NCBI GenBank assembly: GCA_951406725.2
Contig: OX597833.1
Span: 28,830,001-28,894,000 of the forward strand
Reading direction: 5' to 3'
DNA length: 64,000 bases
From: Octopus vulgaris
Lineage: Eukaryota
The notes below the pieces were generated by a model. The model saw only the letters and a program-made list of their open reading frames with translations. It searched no databases and was not told where the DNA came from. The translations under genes were made by a program, and so were the position numbers. This document shows positions 50,343 to 64,000 of this stretch, in pieces. Each line of letters begins with the position of its first letter. Within the stretch, counting starts at the first letter, position 1.

Positions 50343-51256
50343 TGTTACGCCACCGCGCAAGCCCTAGGCCTTCCGATGCCTCCAACAGGGCCCTCACTCC
50401 GGGAACAGCCCGCTTGCGACGGCGACGGCGCTCAGTAAACCGGAAATCCACCACGGGAAAGGGAAGAAGACGGCGAACGCAGCCAGGAACCAACACAACA
50501 ACAAAAGAAGAGACACAGGCGGAAGTTGCAGAATTCAAACAATTTTTTTTCAAAACATAACCAAAGCATTCACAACAAAGGTTAATAGATCATGTACAGA
50601 GTTCGAAGAACAAATCATTTGCATTTAAACATAATACAGAGTTCGAAAAACAAATCATTTTACATTTAACACAAAGTTCACAATCAACAGTCTCTTAGAA
50701 CTTCACTTTCCTCTTTTTTTTTAACACGACAGTTCTCAACAAGTTCCTTCTACTTTTAAAAACATTTCCAAGTTCTTTTTCTTCTTCCTTTTCTTTTCTC
50801 TTAAAAACAGCCAACAACACGCTCTTTTTTTTTTCTTTTCAACGGTTACGTCAGAGCCTCTCTCTTTTTTTTTTCATTTCAACGGCACATCGTCTCTTTT
50901 CTTCTTCTTTTTTTTTTTAAAGACATTTACATTTAAACATTAGAATTCAAAACATACAGAAACACAACATTTACCAGAACATTTGTTTCTTAAATTCGCG
51001 CCCGCAACAATTTTTAACTTCACAAATTCCTACTACGACAACTTGCCTGGCCGCTCGTTGTCATCTCTCTCTTTACCGTCTCTCGTCCCCGCCATCTCCA
51101 ACTACACCTGTCTGTCTCTGTCAGTCTCTGACTGTCATCTTCTTGGCTGTCTCTCGCCGACTCAACCTTTTACTTAATGCTAGCCGTATTTATAACGGCC
51201 AGCAGCTAGAAGAAGAGAGATATCGATGAAAGCAGTGTGTGGATCCCTTCCCAACA
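50343..51256 (-). mobile_element. Possible solo LTR
   Basis: TGTT...AACA termini, minus-strand TATAAATA near 51190, GC-rich end ggcgtaaca; no clean TSD. Confidence 0.4.
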
Positions 51257-51450
51257 TTTTTATTTTTTAAAACTTTCCGAGACCGTGTGGGGGCCATAGA
51301 TCATATCATGGGGCCATTAATAATCGTGCTCTTTGACAGGACAAAGGAAATACCATTGTCCTGAACAATTGGAGCGCCGGTTCGAGTCCAACTAATGGAA
51401 CAAGGAGCATAATTTTTTTGTTCGTTTACATTTTCCTTGCGTCCGTAATA

Positions 51451-51512
<62 letters not shown>

Positions 51513-51519
51513 TTCCGTG

Positions 51520-52440
51520 AGAGTTAGAGGTTGAGAAACCAACCAACTAAGGGATAGTACCTATCCAATATACTGCTGGTAGTGTGCCCAATTATTAATA
51601 CCCAAGTACTGGTTATTGCATGGCAATTTCGCAATTGAGTGTCATATATGAGCGGGGGTAAAAAGTGGTTTACTCTTAATTTATATGGCAAAAAGAAAAT
51701 GGAGGGGATACAAAAATGACATGCATCAGCTGGTAGACATTCTATTATGTCTATTTATTCCAAAAGAAAAGGGAGTATTATAAGAATACACACACATGCA
51801 AAGACTGGGTGCTACACAAATACATACTAGTAATGCATAAAAGAGGAAAAAATTAAAAGATCAGTTCCTTACGGCCGTTTCTGCCAAGAGGCCACGATAT
51901 CCTCCATGCTAGCTCCATCTTTTCAGTGTTCTGTAGGGATGGGTAGATAGAGTTTGGATGTTGAGTGTGCCTCTAGGCTTCATCAGAGGGTCTAAATGAT
52001 TAGGAGAAACGATACATACTTTCAAACCATACTTTCAAACCCACCACTGTAAACACAAACATAACGTGTATTTGTATGTAAACAAAATAAGAACCACTGC
52101 CTAAATTTACCATTCCTAAAAAACTCATCCTTAGAACTAATATAACTACCTATCCACCACTGGACAAAAGAACATGAATCTTGGAAGGCAACACTTGAAG
52201 TCTATGACTTATTTACCTTTCCTATACCTAATCCATTTTACTAAATTTTACTCCTCTCACAGTCTTGCTCCTATTCTTCTTATGCGCTCTTCAGTAAGAA
52301 AAATATACTGTATCTATTAGTAACTGACTCTTGTAACATGCAGTCAAAAGATCCAACGCTAGATACCCTCACCACTCCTGTACTACAAGAGTACATTATA
52401 CTGAGATAGCATCCTCCCTTCACAAACCCCTACAGACACA
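51520..52440 (-). mobile_element. Penelope-like element 3' terminus
   Basis: Tail similar to 5320-5410 and 2130-2330; contains a hammerhead-like motif. Confidence 0.55.
51867..51990 (-). ncRNA. Type I hammerhead-ribozyme-like motif with canonical core and expanded loop 2
   Basis: cct-CTGATGA-a-gcctagaggc-[about 75 nt]-gcctcttggc-a-GAAA-c-ggcc-g-TA-agg. Confidence 0.65.
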
Positions 52441-52939
52441 CATTTGTCCGTTGGCCAAATTTAAGAGTCTTCGTATTGTTTATGTATGTGTAAGTATATG
52501 TCTCTGCCAGTATGCTTCAGTATCTGTTCTCGACTGTCTCTCCTGTCTGTCTGTATTATGTGTGCAACTGTCGTTTTCATTGCGTGTGTGTGTGTCGCGC
52601 GCGCGCGCGTATGTATGTGTGTATGTATGTGTGTATGTGCGTATGTATGTATGTATTCTTGTAGTGTGTCTCCAATCAGGTCTATATGCGCGCGCACACA
52701 CAAATATGAATACTAAAACGCCCGCGCTCGGGGGCATACACACGCATATACACACATACACACGGGCGCGCACACACACATACACATACAGGGGAATATG
52801 GATCGAGAGGCTAAACTCCTATACTGAATAAATTTAACTCTGGAATCACTATTGAACCCTTTCATCGATGATGTTTTTTTATGTATTGGACACAAAAAAT
52901 AGATAAATGAATAAATAAGTGAATAAATAATATTAATAA

Positions 52940-54655
52940 TTCATTCTTTTATTAGCCACAAGGGCTTACATATAACAACATAAAATGACAGAACATGAGA
53001 CAAACGGTTTTCATCGTGTAAACAATGAAAAATTAAACAAAATAAAACTCCCAAAGGGGAGGCGCTTTAAAGATCCCCGTGGAAAAGCCTAAAAAATTCA
53101 CGGGTGCCTGATCAACAGGACAAGAGCCCTTCTTTAGTTTTTTACAGTTGAATGATCAGGCCCTTCTTCCAACATTCATCCACCTTTCAACAAACATTCA
53201 CTCACCTTTCAACGAACTTGCTAGAAGGCAACACTTCCCTCTCCACCTTCACTTGAAAACGTTTATTAGGGCTTAGCCAAAAGGGAAAATGTCTGACTTT
53301 AGCATTTTCAAACGAGTCCACCATACTGTCTCTTTCGCTACCGCCACTAGACAAATAAAAATTGCCTACCCTTCTCGGCCAAAGGAGGGTGGCGGAGCAA
53401 TCTTCACAATGAACTGATAGCCGGATCCGTTCTACACGCGACAGCAGGTGTTCAACATAAACCTACAGGTCAACAATACTCGGGCACTGGACGAGGGCGT
53501 GCAGAACGGTTTCATCGTTCTGCGCGCACCTCAGGGAGATCATGCTTGTATAGTCTATCCCGAACAGCAGCGCCCCTCGGTAGTACTGTCAGGCAAGGGA
53601 TTTCTGGAAGTTATCCATAGGCCCAGACCCGAAAGTTCTCCGAAACAGACCGGTTAGTTGATCTTCGTCGACGCCTGAAATTTCTCTGAGAACGTCGTCG
53701 CAGTTCCCCTCCACTAGCCCTCTATAGAACACTAGAATGGAACTTTCCCCGACGGCATTGTCCGCCTGGCGGAGAGCTGTGAGTGCTTGACAGCACTCGA
53801 GGTGCCAAGTGCCCCCTCCTCCACTCGGTCTACGCCTGATACAGGATTGCAGCTCAGTCAAAGAGACTAGCTGTGGAAAAGTGATTCTTACAAACGGTTA
53901 CCACACCTGTTCACCGCCAAGCAAACGCTGGTGATGCCGTAGCCTGAGCGCATGTCTGCGAATCAGCAACCATGGCATGCTCAACCCTCCATTCAGTGGC
54001 TGTTGAGAGCAGATAAAAAGCCTGATCAGTGGGACACACCCCTTCTACATAAAGCGGAAGAGTAAGCGCACCAGCTTGGTCAAGCAGTAAACGGAGCAAG
54101 GGACGACAGTCAAGAGGTAATAGGTTGCGGATGCGATGTAGGCATTCGCCACCTCCGCTCGACCTTTCAGGGACAGCTTCTACTTGGCTCATTTCTGGGT
54201 GAGATTAGCTACCCTGCTCGTCACCACGTCCCAGTTTTTCTCCACCTAGATGTCTGGACCGAATCAGATGCCGAGCAATTTAACCGTCTGTCCAGTGCCC
54301 CATGATACTGTTGGACAGCATGAACTTGCCCCTCCAAGTACCGAGTTGCTAGCCCACTGGCTTTCCCGCGTTAATTTCTGCTCCTGTCACCGCTTCACAT
54401 TCTTGTAGTGTGTCTCCAATCAGGTCTATATGCCTGTGGCTCGACACTATGACGGTGGCATCGTTAGTGTAAGCAGACACACTTCTCCTACATCCTAGAT
54501 CACACCTGACACCCCTCAAAGCCTCCAACGTCCGCAGTAGTGGCTCAAGCATCAGTACATACAGAAGGAAGGAGAGAGGGCACACTTGACGGACTGTGCG
54601 CAAGATACTGAATAGCTCTGATAGATGATCATTCACCCGAACAAAGCGCCTCATC
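52940..54655 (-). mobile_element. 5'-truncated, decayed Tx1-clade LINE (RT to 3' end)
   Basis: TVRQVCPLSFLLYVLMLEPLLR, SAYTND, LFRRTFGSGPMDNFQKSLA; homologous to 26174-27700. Confidence 0.85.
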
Positions 54656-54689
54656 TAACTTTCTAACTAACAAAAATAATAATAATTTC

Positions 54690-54835
54690 TACTATGGGAA
54701 CAAGGCCTGAAATTTGACAGGAAAAGGCTAGTCGATTACATCGATCCCAGTGTTCAACTGGTACTTTATTTTATGAATCTCGGCGGAATTTTTATTAAAG
54801 GCAAAATCGACCTCAGTGGAATTTGAACTCCGAAA
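54690..54835 (-). mobile_element. SINE family B-related fragment
   Basis: aaaggcaaaatcgacctcagtggaatttgaactc. Confidence 0.65.
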
Positions 54836-55639
54836 CATGTAAAGAAAAGAATTTTAAAAATTCAAGCTGAAAAATTTTCCAAAATGAAGGAAAACACAGG
54901 GCTACTCGAGAAAATCCAACAAATTCCTGGCTACCCTAATTAAAAAAGCAAGGGACCCTCTCCCAGCTGTCCTCCAAACTACAGACGCATGCTCAAAGCA
55001 GGCCCGTTGGCACGTACCATGTTTGTCAGTCTGATCTAGGTTTTAGCTAATTTTCCTTTTCAAGTGAAATTTCAAAGATCTGATGAGGACCTGGCTAAAG
55101 AGGTTCAGTCAGGTCCACCACACAACCTCTTTCGGCTAAACCGCCAAACAGATAAAGACTGTTTTCCCTACTCGAACAAAAGAAGGCGGCGGAATGACCG
55201 TCACAAAGGTCTCAGCTGGTTCGTCCTACTCCTAATAGAAGTCAGCAATGCTCAGGCCCTGGACGCTTTCGTTGCCTTGCTCACATTTCGACAGTCCTGG
55301 CTAATGGCACTTCGTGTCTAGACAATTTATCTAGAACCAACAATGATTTCCCCACGGCTGTACAGGCCAGTCCATGATTTTCACCTCTCCGATAATAACA
55401 CAATTTTTGCTCACCACTTAGCCTCTATACAACTTCAACGTGAAATTTTTACACATCGTATTGCTCGACTGGTTTAGGGCTGTTATCGCTTGACGAAATT
55501 CTAGATACCGTGTATCCTAATTAGGTCTGTGGTTGAGACATGATTACAGCCCCTTCAAAGAAACAAGCTGTGGAAAAATGAATCTGGCAACCATGTTCAC
55601 TGTCAAGAAATTACTGGAGAGGTCGCAGCCTTCGTGTAC

Positions 55640-55875
55640 ATCAGATACCATCTTGATGGTAGCCTATTTAACCTCCGATGACTACAGGCCCACACGAAGA
55701 CCCTGGAACATCTGATCCGAGATCTCTTTGCCGACGATGTTTCTCTTGTTACCAATACAGAAAGATCCTTGCAGCTAATCACCTCCTGCTTCGCAGAGGC
55801 TGCTCAGCTCTTTGGGCTAGAAGTTCGCTTAAAAAGATAGAGGTACTCCAACTTCCTCTTCGTGAAGAGTGTCAC
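55640..55875 (+). mobile_element. RTE (BovB-like) RT fragment
   Basis: DGSLFNLR...LIRDLFADD...CFAEAAQLFGLEV. Confidence 0.7.
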
Positions 55876-56565
55876 CATTGGTGATGAAGGATCATCGCCT
55901 TCTACAAGACATAAAAAACGACCCTTCATCAGTTGTCGGTCGTCATTCTACTCCCTATTTCGAGTAAGATAAGACTTTGAAGGCAATTGCTTCCGTGAAC
56001 CAAAATAAAATTTGTGATTTGCGGAGGGTCAAAACAGGACAAAACAAACGAAACGAAACGAATAGAAACAGGGAAGGCCGTTTCCTCACGTGATCATCTT
56101 TCTTTTCCTTCAGTCTGTTGCACCGTAGAGACGCATTCCTATCTGTCTCCTCCCCTATCTTTTCTTTCATCAAAGAATCTTCTTCCAGCGTTCGCTAACT
56201 TACCTCGTCTGAGCATAACGGTCCTCCGTTTGTATTCGTTTGGTTTGATTTGTTGTATTTCCTGTTTTTATTACCAACTTTGACCCTCTGCAAATCCCAA
56301 ATTTTATTTTGGTTTGCGGGAGCACATGCCTTCAAAGTCTTATATTGTCATTCATTGCTCGAAATAAGGAGTAGGACAGCCGACAACTGACGAACGGTCG
56401 TTTTTTTATGTTAGTTGTCTTGTTTGCCATTGTTTCTCTCGTTCTTTGCGTACCCAACGTTATTTTCGTATTTCATGTTGTTTACGTTTTGTGACGTTCT
56501 GTACCCATATATGGATATCTATATACATACATGTGTATGTATGTATGTATGTGTGTGTGTGTGTA

Positions 56566-56597
<32 letters not shown>

Positions 56598-56607
56598 AGT
56601 ATGTATG

Positions 56608-56660
<53 letters not shown>

Positions 56661-56866
56661 AAATGTGACCTCGTGTGTACCGTTGGCGATTTTTTTTCCT
56701 CTGTCTTCCCTTCTCTGGATCTTTCCTTCTCCTATGTTTCCGACGAAGAGCTCCGCTTGAAACGTTAAACCCTCCTTCTTTCCTTCTTTCCTGAGCGTCC
56801 AATAATACTATATCTGTTCCACGTCCTCGCGTTGTTGTGTTTTTTTGTGCTTTCTTGTTTGGATTA

Positions 56867-56908
<42 letters not shown>

Positions 56909-56910
<2 letters not shown>

Positions 56911-57202
56911 GTGGCGGACTGGCCAGGTTGCCAGGTGGCCCGTTGGCAAGTGGGCCCCTGCACCACTAGAATCCATATTTAGGTGCCCATGTTAGTATCT
57001 AAGGGGCCCATCCCCTCAAGTTTGAGAATCTTTTATTCACTCCTGAAACAATTAATTACTTCTGCGTGGCTGAGTTTGTAAACAGTTGAAAAGAATACGT
57101 TTAACAAAAATTAAAATAATTAAATGATAACATTGTACTTGCGAGTGGGGCCCCTTAGTCTCCTGGTTAGCAATCGATATTTCTAGACCCTGTCCGCCAC
57201 TG
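56909..57202. mobile_element. hAT-type MITE inserted in (TA)n
   Basis: 11-bp TIR cagtggcggac / gtccgccactg; subterminal gggcccc motifs. Confidence 0.75.
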
Positions 57203-57269
<67 letters not shown>

Positions 57270-57825
57270 GCGCGTGTGTAAGTCTGTATATATATGTATA
57301 TTCATATGTTTGTGTGTTTTTGTCACTTGACAACCGATGTTGGTGTGTTTACGTCTCCGTATAGCTTTGTTAAGCTATATGCAAACAAACTAGTGGAGAC
57401 GCGAATACATTTATCAAAGGTTTATTACTTTACGTACATCAGGGCTTAAGTCGCCAGTTATTTCTGTTTAGTTCACTCAGATTCGTTTCACACTCACTGT
57501 TGACATTATTTTGCATTTCTTCTCCTAACGGAAGTCCTTTTTTCTTGTTGCTGACCAACTTCCTAGCTAGCCCGCAGCGAAGTTTCTGTTTACAGTTCGT
57601 CTGTCACGAAACCTGCCCTACATCCGTAAACTAGCGGTTCGGCAAAAGAGGTCGCTAGAATAAGTACTAAGCTTACAAAGAATAAGTCCAGGGGTCGATT
57701 CGTTCGACTTTAGGCGGTACTCCAGATTGGCCGCAGTCAAATTAATGAAACAAGTATGTATTTTTTTTTTTTTTGTACTTGTTTCAGTCATTTGACTGCG
57801 GCCATGCTGGAGCACCGCCTTTAGA

Positions 57826-58001
57826 GTGGTGAAAGAGTACAGCAGGGATCACCACCTCCTGCCGGAGCCTCGTGGAGCTTTTAGGTGTGATTTTTTCGCT
57901 CAATAAACACACATAACGCCCGGTCTGGGAATCGAAACCGCGATCCTCCGACCGCAAGTCCGCTGCCCTAACCACTAGGCCATTGCGCCTCCACGCCTCC
58001 A
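57826..58001 (-). mobile_element. SINE family C, 5' half with tRNA-like head
   Basis: Minus strand ggaggcgcaatggcctagtggttagggc...ggtttcgattccc (A and B boxes). Confidence 0.75.
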
Positions 58002-58512
58002 CGTGTATATATATATATACACGACCGCGCGTGCGCACGCATACACAAACACACAAACACACACACACGTACATATATTCGATGCGTCATATTGTCAAAA
58101 ACCGTAACTTTGGAGTCAAATTCCGCATTTCACACGAGTAATGCCGTCTTTTTGAACTGAAGTTTAGAGCCACGAAAACACAAGAAAGTGAAAACATTAC
58201 GACTGAGATATGTCAACTATTTTCGCACACGCGCGCGCGTACAAACATTGAAATAGACACAGAGAGTGAAAGAGAGAGTGAGAGAGAGAGAGAGTGAGAG
58301 AAAACCCTCCCTTTTTTTTTACAACGAACGTATCCGACCAATCTGTTTTGAGCTTTTTCTTATACTGAAGGGCTGACTACAGTTGTCTATAGCTCTTCAT
58401 TTATATCTCTAAAATAGCTTTCTCAAACACCTATCTCTTCCCCCCCCCCACACCCACCCAGACCCCAGATCTACATGGACACGCAGTAATATTTAAATAT
58501 ATATATATATAT

Positions 58513-58880
58513 TAGGCGCAGGAGTGGCTGTGTGGTAAGTAGCTTGCTAACCAACCACACGGTTGCGGGTTCAGTCCCACTGCGTGGCATCTTGGGCAAG
58601 TGTCTTCTGCTATAGCCCCGGGCCGACCAATGCCTTGTGAGTGGATTTGGTAGACGGAAACTGAAAGAAGCCTGTCGTATATATGTATATATATGTGTAT
58701 GCGTGTGTTTGTGTGTCTGTGTTTGTCCCCCTAGCATTGCTTGACAACCGATGCTGGTGTGTTTAGGTCCCCGTCACTTAGCGGTTCGGCAAAAAGAGAC
58801 CGATAGAATAAGTACTAAAAGGTGGTGCTCCAGCATGGCCGCAGTCAAATGACTGAAACAAGTAAAAGACTAAAAAAGAC
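58513..58880 (+). mobile_element. SINE family A with an intact head (reference for the empty target site)
   Basis: ggcgcaggagtggctgtgtggtaagtagcttgct...gggttcagtccc; A and B boxes, internal microsatellite, tail gactgaaacaagtaaaa. Confidence 0.9.
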
Positions 58881-59124
58881 ATATATATATATACACATAT
58901 TCTGTTGTGTCTGGAGAGAGTCATTCTCTTTTAGCGCCTTATTATTTAACACACTCACCGGTAAAATTTCCACTAATTTCTTATTTTTATTTTCTAAGTG
59001 AGTGTGTTAAATAATAAGGCACTAAAAGAGAATGACTCTCCCCAGACACAACAGAATATGCTTCAACACACGAATTTATATAAAGAATCTTGCAAACCAA
59101 ATCCCAAAACGAAATATACACATA

Positions 59125-59815
59125 TTCTTTTATTCTTATATTTATTTCAGTAATGTGACTGCGGCCATGCTGGAGCACCGCCTTTAGTCGAACAAATCGA
59201 ACCCAAGATTTATTCTTCGTAAGCCTAGTACTTATTCTATCGGTCCCTTTTACCGAACCGCTATATTACGTAGACGTAAACACACCAACATCGGTTGTCA
59301 AGCGAAGGTGGTGGTGGGGACAAACACAGACATACAAACATATACACACACGCACACACACACATATTCTTTTTATTCTTTTACTTGTTTCAGTCATTTG
59401 ACTGCGGCCATACTGGAGCACCACCTTTAGTCGAGCAAATCGACCCCAGGACCTATTCTTTGTAAGCCAAGTACTTATTCTATCGGTCTCTTTTGCCGGG
59501 CAGACCAAAGCCTTGTTAGCGGATTTGGTAGACGGAAACTGAAAGAAGCCTGTCGTATATACATATATATATATATATGTGTGTGTGTGTGAGTGTGTGC
59601 GTGTGTGTTTATGTTTGTGTGTGTCTGTGTTTGTTCCCCCACCATTGCTTGACAACCGATGCTGGTGTGTTTACGTCCCCGTAACTAGCGGTTCGGCAAT
59701 AGGTGGCCGATGGAACAACTACTAGGCTTACACGTCCTGGGATCGATTTGTTTGATTAAAGGCGGTGCTCCAGCATAAACGCAGTCAAATGACTGAAACT
59801 AATAAAAGAGTAAAA
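59125..59815. mobile_element. Cluster of rearranged SINE family A fragments in both orientations
   Basis: Repeated gcggccatgctggagcacc, gtacttattctatcggt and gtagacggaaactgaaagaagcc blocks. Confidence 0.8.
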
Positions 59816-59951
59816 GAACACACGCACACACATACGTATACACGCGCGCGCGGCTGTGTGTGTGTGTGTGTGAATATTCGGGTTTGATACGTAGCACTCG
59901 TAATTTCATAGTAGATTCCGTAGTATAAAAAAGTAGTCGAGCAGCCAGTGT

Positions 59952-59993
<42 letters not shown>

Positions 59994-60083
59994 GCACGCA
60001 CAGACACAGACACACACAGATATGTATTCACAGATATATATATATATATATATATATACATATCTGTGTGTGTGTGTGTGTAT

Positions 60084-60139
<56 letters not shown>

Positions 60140-60667
60140 ATGTGTGTGTGCGGGCGCGTATGTGAGTGTGGCGGGTGAGTAAACGAAAACTTTAAGCACG
60201 CCACCAACAACTTCCTCACTTTATACTGACTCACGCTTTCTCCCTCTTGTTTATTCATGCTCGCTACTTTCTCACACCTCTCTCCCCCTTTCTCTGACAC
60301 AAATGCAATGTATGATACACTCATATAAATATCTATTGTGCACCTACAAATAATATATATATATATACATACATACGTGTGTATGTGTGTTTGTATGGTT
60401 TGTGCGCGTTATATATATAAATTCTTTTGTTCTTTCTTTTATTTGTTTCACTCATTTGACTGCGTCTATGCTGGAGCACCGTTAAGAAGGATGTTAGTGG
60501 AATAAATCGACCCCATGCATGTATGTGTGTATATATATATATCACCGTGACCACCGTGACTGACCAGGCTATCAGATGTTGCTACACATCGCTGGTCACA
60601 ATGCGCTTCGCATTGTTTTAGCCTTCAAATGACGCCACCCCGCTGGCTAAGCGAGCAGGCCAATATA

Positions 60668-60723
<56 letters not shown>

Positions 60724-61682
60724 TTCATGTTATTGTATTGCATAAGATTACCTTGATTATTTATATTACCTTGATTATTTATAAATGACCCAAAATAGGA
60801 TGTTATATTTTATTTTATATGTCTTTCGTATATATTTTTATTAATGCACCCATTTTTTAAAAGCAATGTTTTTTTTAAAAAAAGCAATGTTGTCAAATTT
60901 AGAATGTTTATATAAGTTTGTGTATAGCAAAGCATATGTATTTGTAAGCATGCGTATCTGTGTATGTGTAAGTGAAAGTATGCTTGTGCTTAAGCACGCA
61001 TACACACGACGGTATGTATATGTATCAATTCAAACTTGTGTATGTATACTGGCCTCTATAGATGACAATAATATCGCTACAAGTTTTTTCCCCACCCCTC
61101 CTTCGTTCCTTTTTCTCTCTTTCCCTTTCTTTCGTTCCCCCTCCTTGCTCAGTATATGAGAATTGCTACATAGATGAATTTTAGCTTGCGTGCGAGACGG
61201 TTTGCGTGAATATATGTACACATGCTTTTATGTGTATAATTTAGATTCATATTCATACGTCTGTATATGTATGTATGGCGTTTACGCGCATCCTTTTGTG
61301 TATGTTGATATATATATGTGGATTTTAATATAAATATGTATTGCAGTATTTATAACAGGTTTAATTTCTATGCATTAATTTGTACTGTCTTCATTAACGG
61401 CAATAGGTTTTTTCCTCGGTTTTTTCCTCGGATTTTATAATTTTTATAAGTTTTTTTATATATATATACATATATTTTTGACCTTTTGTTTATCGCTCGA
61501 AGATTGACCGTTTTTTCTAAAGGGCCAATCAAACAAGTCCATTTCTTTTTAAAGGTGTAGCGTTTGTAAGAGTCTAGATTGAATTAATATATATGTTCCA
61601 TTCTAGCAAAAACTGTCTGATGAACGGCAACGAGAAACTCAGAGTAACAGATTTTGTTGAATTTTCTGCTGCTTAAAATAAA

Positions 61683-61734
<52 letters not shown>

Positions 61735-61851
61735 GCATACATGTAGACGCACACACACATACAAATATTTCCACGTATACATAAACACATACTAAACACA
61801 AGCACAATATATATATTTAGATATGCTTATCTCTCTCTCAGTCTCTCTCTG

Positions 61852-61904
<53 letters not shown>

Positions 61905-61925
61905 ATATCTATCTATATCTATATA

Positions 61926-61980
<55 letters not shown>

Positions 61981-62429
61981 GTACATATATGTATTCGCAC
62001 GCACACACATACAGACACTTGTACAGACAATTATGCACTCTCACTGACGTACATAATAACACATTAACGAGAGTTATACACATTCATGTTGTACATTAAC
62101 AGTCGTATGCACTCATGCAAGTGTGCACATACACGCTCACACGTACACATGCGCACTGCATCAATTTACCCATTCTTTATAAACACACACAAACACATAC
62201 AGATATGTATACCGATTTATAAACACATTCTCTTATTTCAAACGCATACATATACATACTTTCTCACGCTACCCACCTACCTACATATACACAAGACACA
62301 CTTGTACATTTAAAAGGGGGTATTTACACATAGATATAATGACCACATACACGTAAAACTTATATAGGGACGAGTATGTATGTGTGTAAATACATACATA
62401 CATACAGATACATACACACACACACACAC

Positions 62430-62532
<103 letters not shown>

Positions 62533-63111
62533 TATATATAACTATATATATACTCACATACATGCATACATACGCATAAAGTTTTTATATCCGTAAGCAC
62601 CGACGCATACATACAACGGATCTCAAACATGCACACTAAGATACAGGAACTCCCAGACTTCTGCATGTAGACACGTACGCAACGCACATGCAGATAGGTG
62701 CATACACACGCAGACACGCATATAAGCACACACACAAGTAGACTCACAGACACACACACACGCAAGTAGACTCATGCATACACATTTGCAGACACACTTT
62801 CTGACACACAGCAATATACACACACACACAAACACATACACACGCAAGCAGCGTGTATGTACATTATAGGATTGGTTGTGTCTTGCATAGTAACTGCTGA
62901 CGAAAATATTTTACAAGGTTAACATTTCGTGAGATTGATGTCCTAGTTATACAGAGAGAGAGAGACAGCTATTGGTTGGTGGTGGTCGTTACAGACCACC
63001 ACCACCACCATCATCATCATCAGCACCACCACCACCACCACCACCACCACCACCACCACTGCCACTACTACTGCTGTTGCTGCTGCCTACACTACCTTCT
63101 TTGACACGGTT

Positions 63112-63145
<34 letters not shown>

Positions 63146-64000
63146 TGCACGTGCGTGTGTTTGTGTGTATATGAATGTGTGTGTGTGTGTGTATTTCACT
63201 ATAATTCACTTCCCCCTATCTATCACTTTTTCTCTCTAACTCTGTACCTGTATCTCCTTATATATTTATATATCTTTCTTTCTCCCGACTTCATACAATC
63301 CTCTCTCTAGTTTATAATTCACTCTGTCTACTTACACACTCGTACCTGTTTTTCACTGCCTCTCACCTTCTCAGTCAGTTTCTCTCTCACTCTATCAAAG
63401 TGTACACTCTTTGCCTACTCACTTCTGTCTCTCCATATATTATTTGATATTTCAAACTTTCATTTTTCTATCTTATATGGACCGTCATTCCTCTCTTTCC
63501 CTCCCTCTTTCTTATTGACCAAAATCTCTTTCTCTGCTCCCGTTTCTGTCTCTTTCTGTCTGTCTGTCTCTCTCTCTCTCTCCCTCTCTGCCTTTTCCTC
63601 TTTCCCTCCCTCTTTACCTCTCTCATGCGTGCTAATATCTTATACTTTCTCTCCGATTCATCTTTACTAATAGCTTGAATATCTCTTCTCCTTCATCTCT
63701 GTCACTCCCTAACACTTTCCAGTCTTTCATGCTCTCTCTCTTTAATAACTATAAATCTATCTACCCTCTCCGTTTCTCTCAAAACTTCCCTATAATGTAT
63801 ACAGTGTGCGGGCGGGAGGGCGTTTGTATGCGTGTGCGTGTCACTGAATGTATACATGTTTAGGTATAAAGTAGGGTGGAGGTGCGCGTCTGTCTGTTGT
63901 AAATCTGCATGCCCATAGTTTCACGCTGGCCTTTCTTTGTATGGGCGTTTGGAAATGCACAGACGGAGATCTCAGTTGATATGTGCGTATGCAAATATGT

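Noticed and set aside
52940-54655. Third example of SINE targeting
   Set aside because: This Tx1 fragment ends in an AT-rich tract with no SINE head or aagtagcttgc duplication; it is a counter-example or a different subfamily
57920-58001. tRNA gene
   Set aside because: The tRNA-like sequence runs directly into a SINE body repeated elsewhere in the window

Overview
Repeat-dense, AT-rich eukaryotic DNA. The tRNA-derived SINE families and (TA)n/(TG)n/(TATC)n microsatellites suggest an octopus (cephalopod) intergenic or intronic region; that assignment is inference. No intact host gene is recognisable, and most listed ORFs are translated microsatellites. The window holds four decayed mariner transposons, a KRBA2/SCAND3-like (Ginger-type) integrase remnant, hAT (Charlie/SPIN-like) and Chapaev3-like remnants, RTE and CR1-like LINE fragments, non-autonomous Helitrons, MITEs, Penelope-like termini and many SINEs. 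Main finding: two independent copies of one tRNA-derived SINE are interrupted at the same position, just 3' of the A box, by Tx1-clade retroelements. One site holds a full-length APE-RT element in tandem with an ORF1-only partner, with a 15-bp target duplication present three times. The other holds an ORF1-only dimer with a 14-bp duplication. This points to a SINE-targeting, site-specific LINE system with non-autonomous 'half-LINE' partners. Second theme: many hammerhead-ribozyme-like motifs in Penelope-like termini, including a roughly 1-kb inverted repeat. All coordinates were read by eye.
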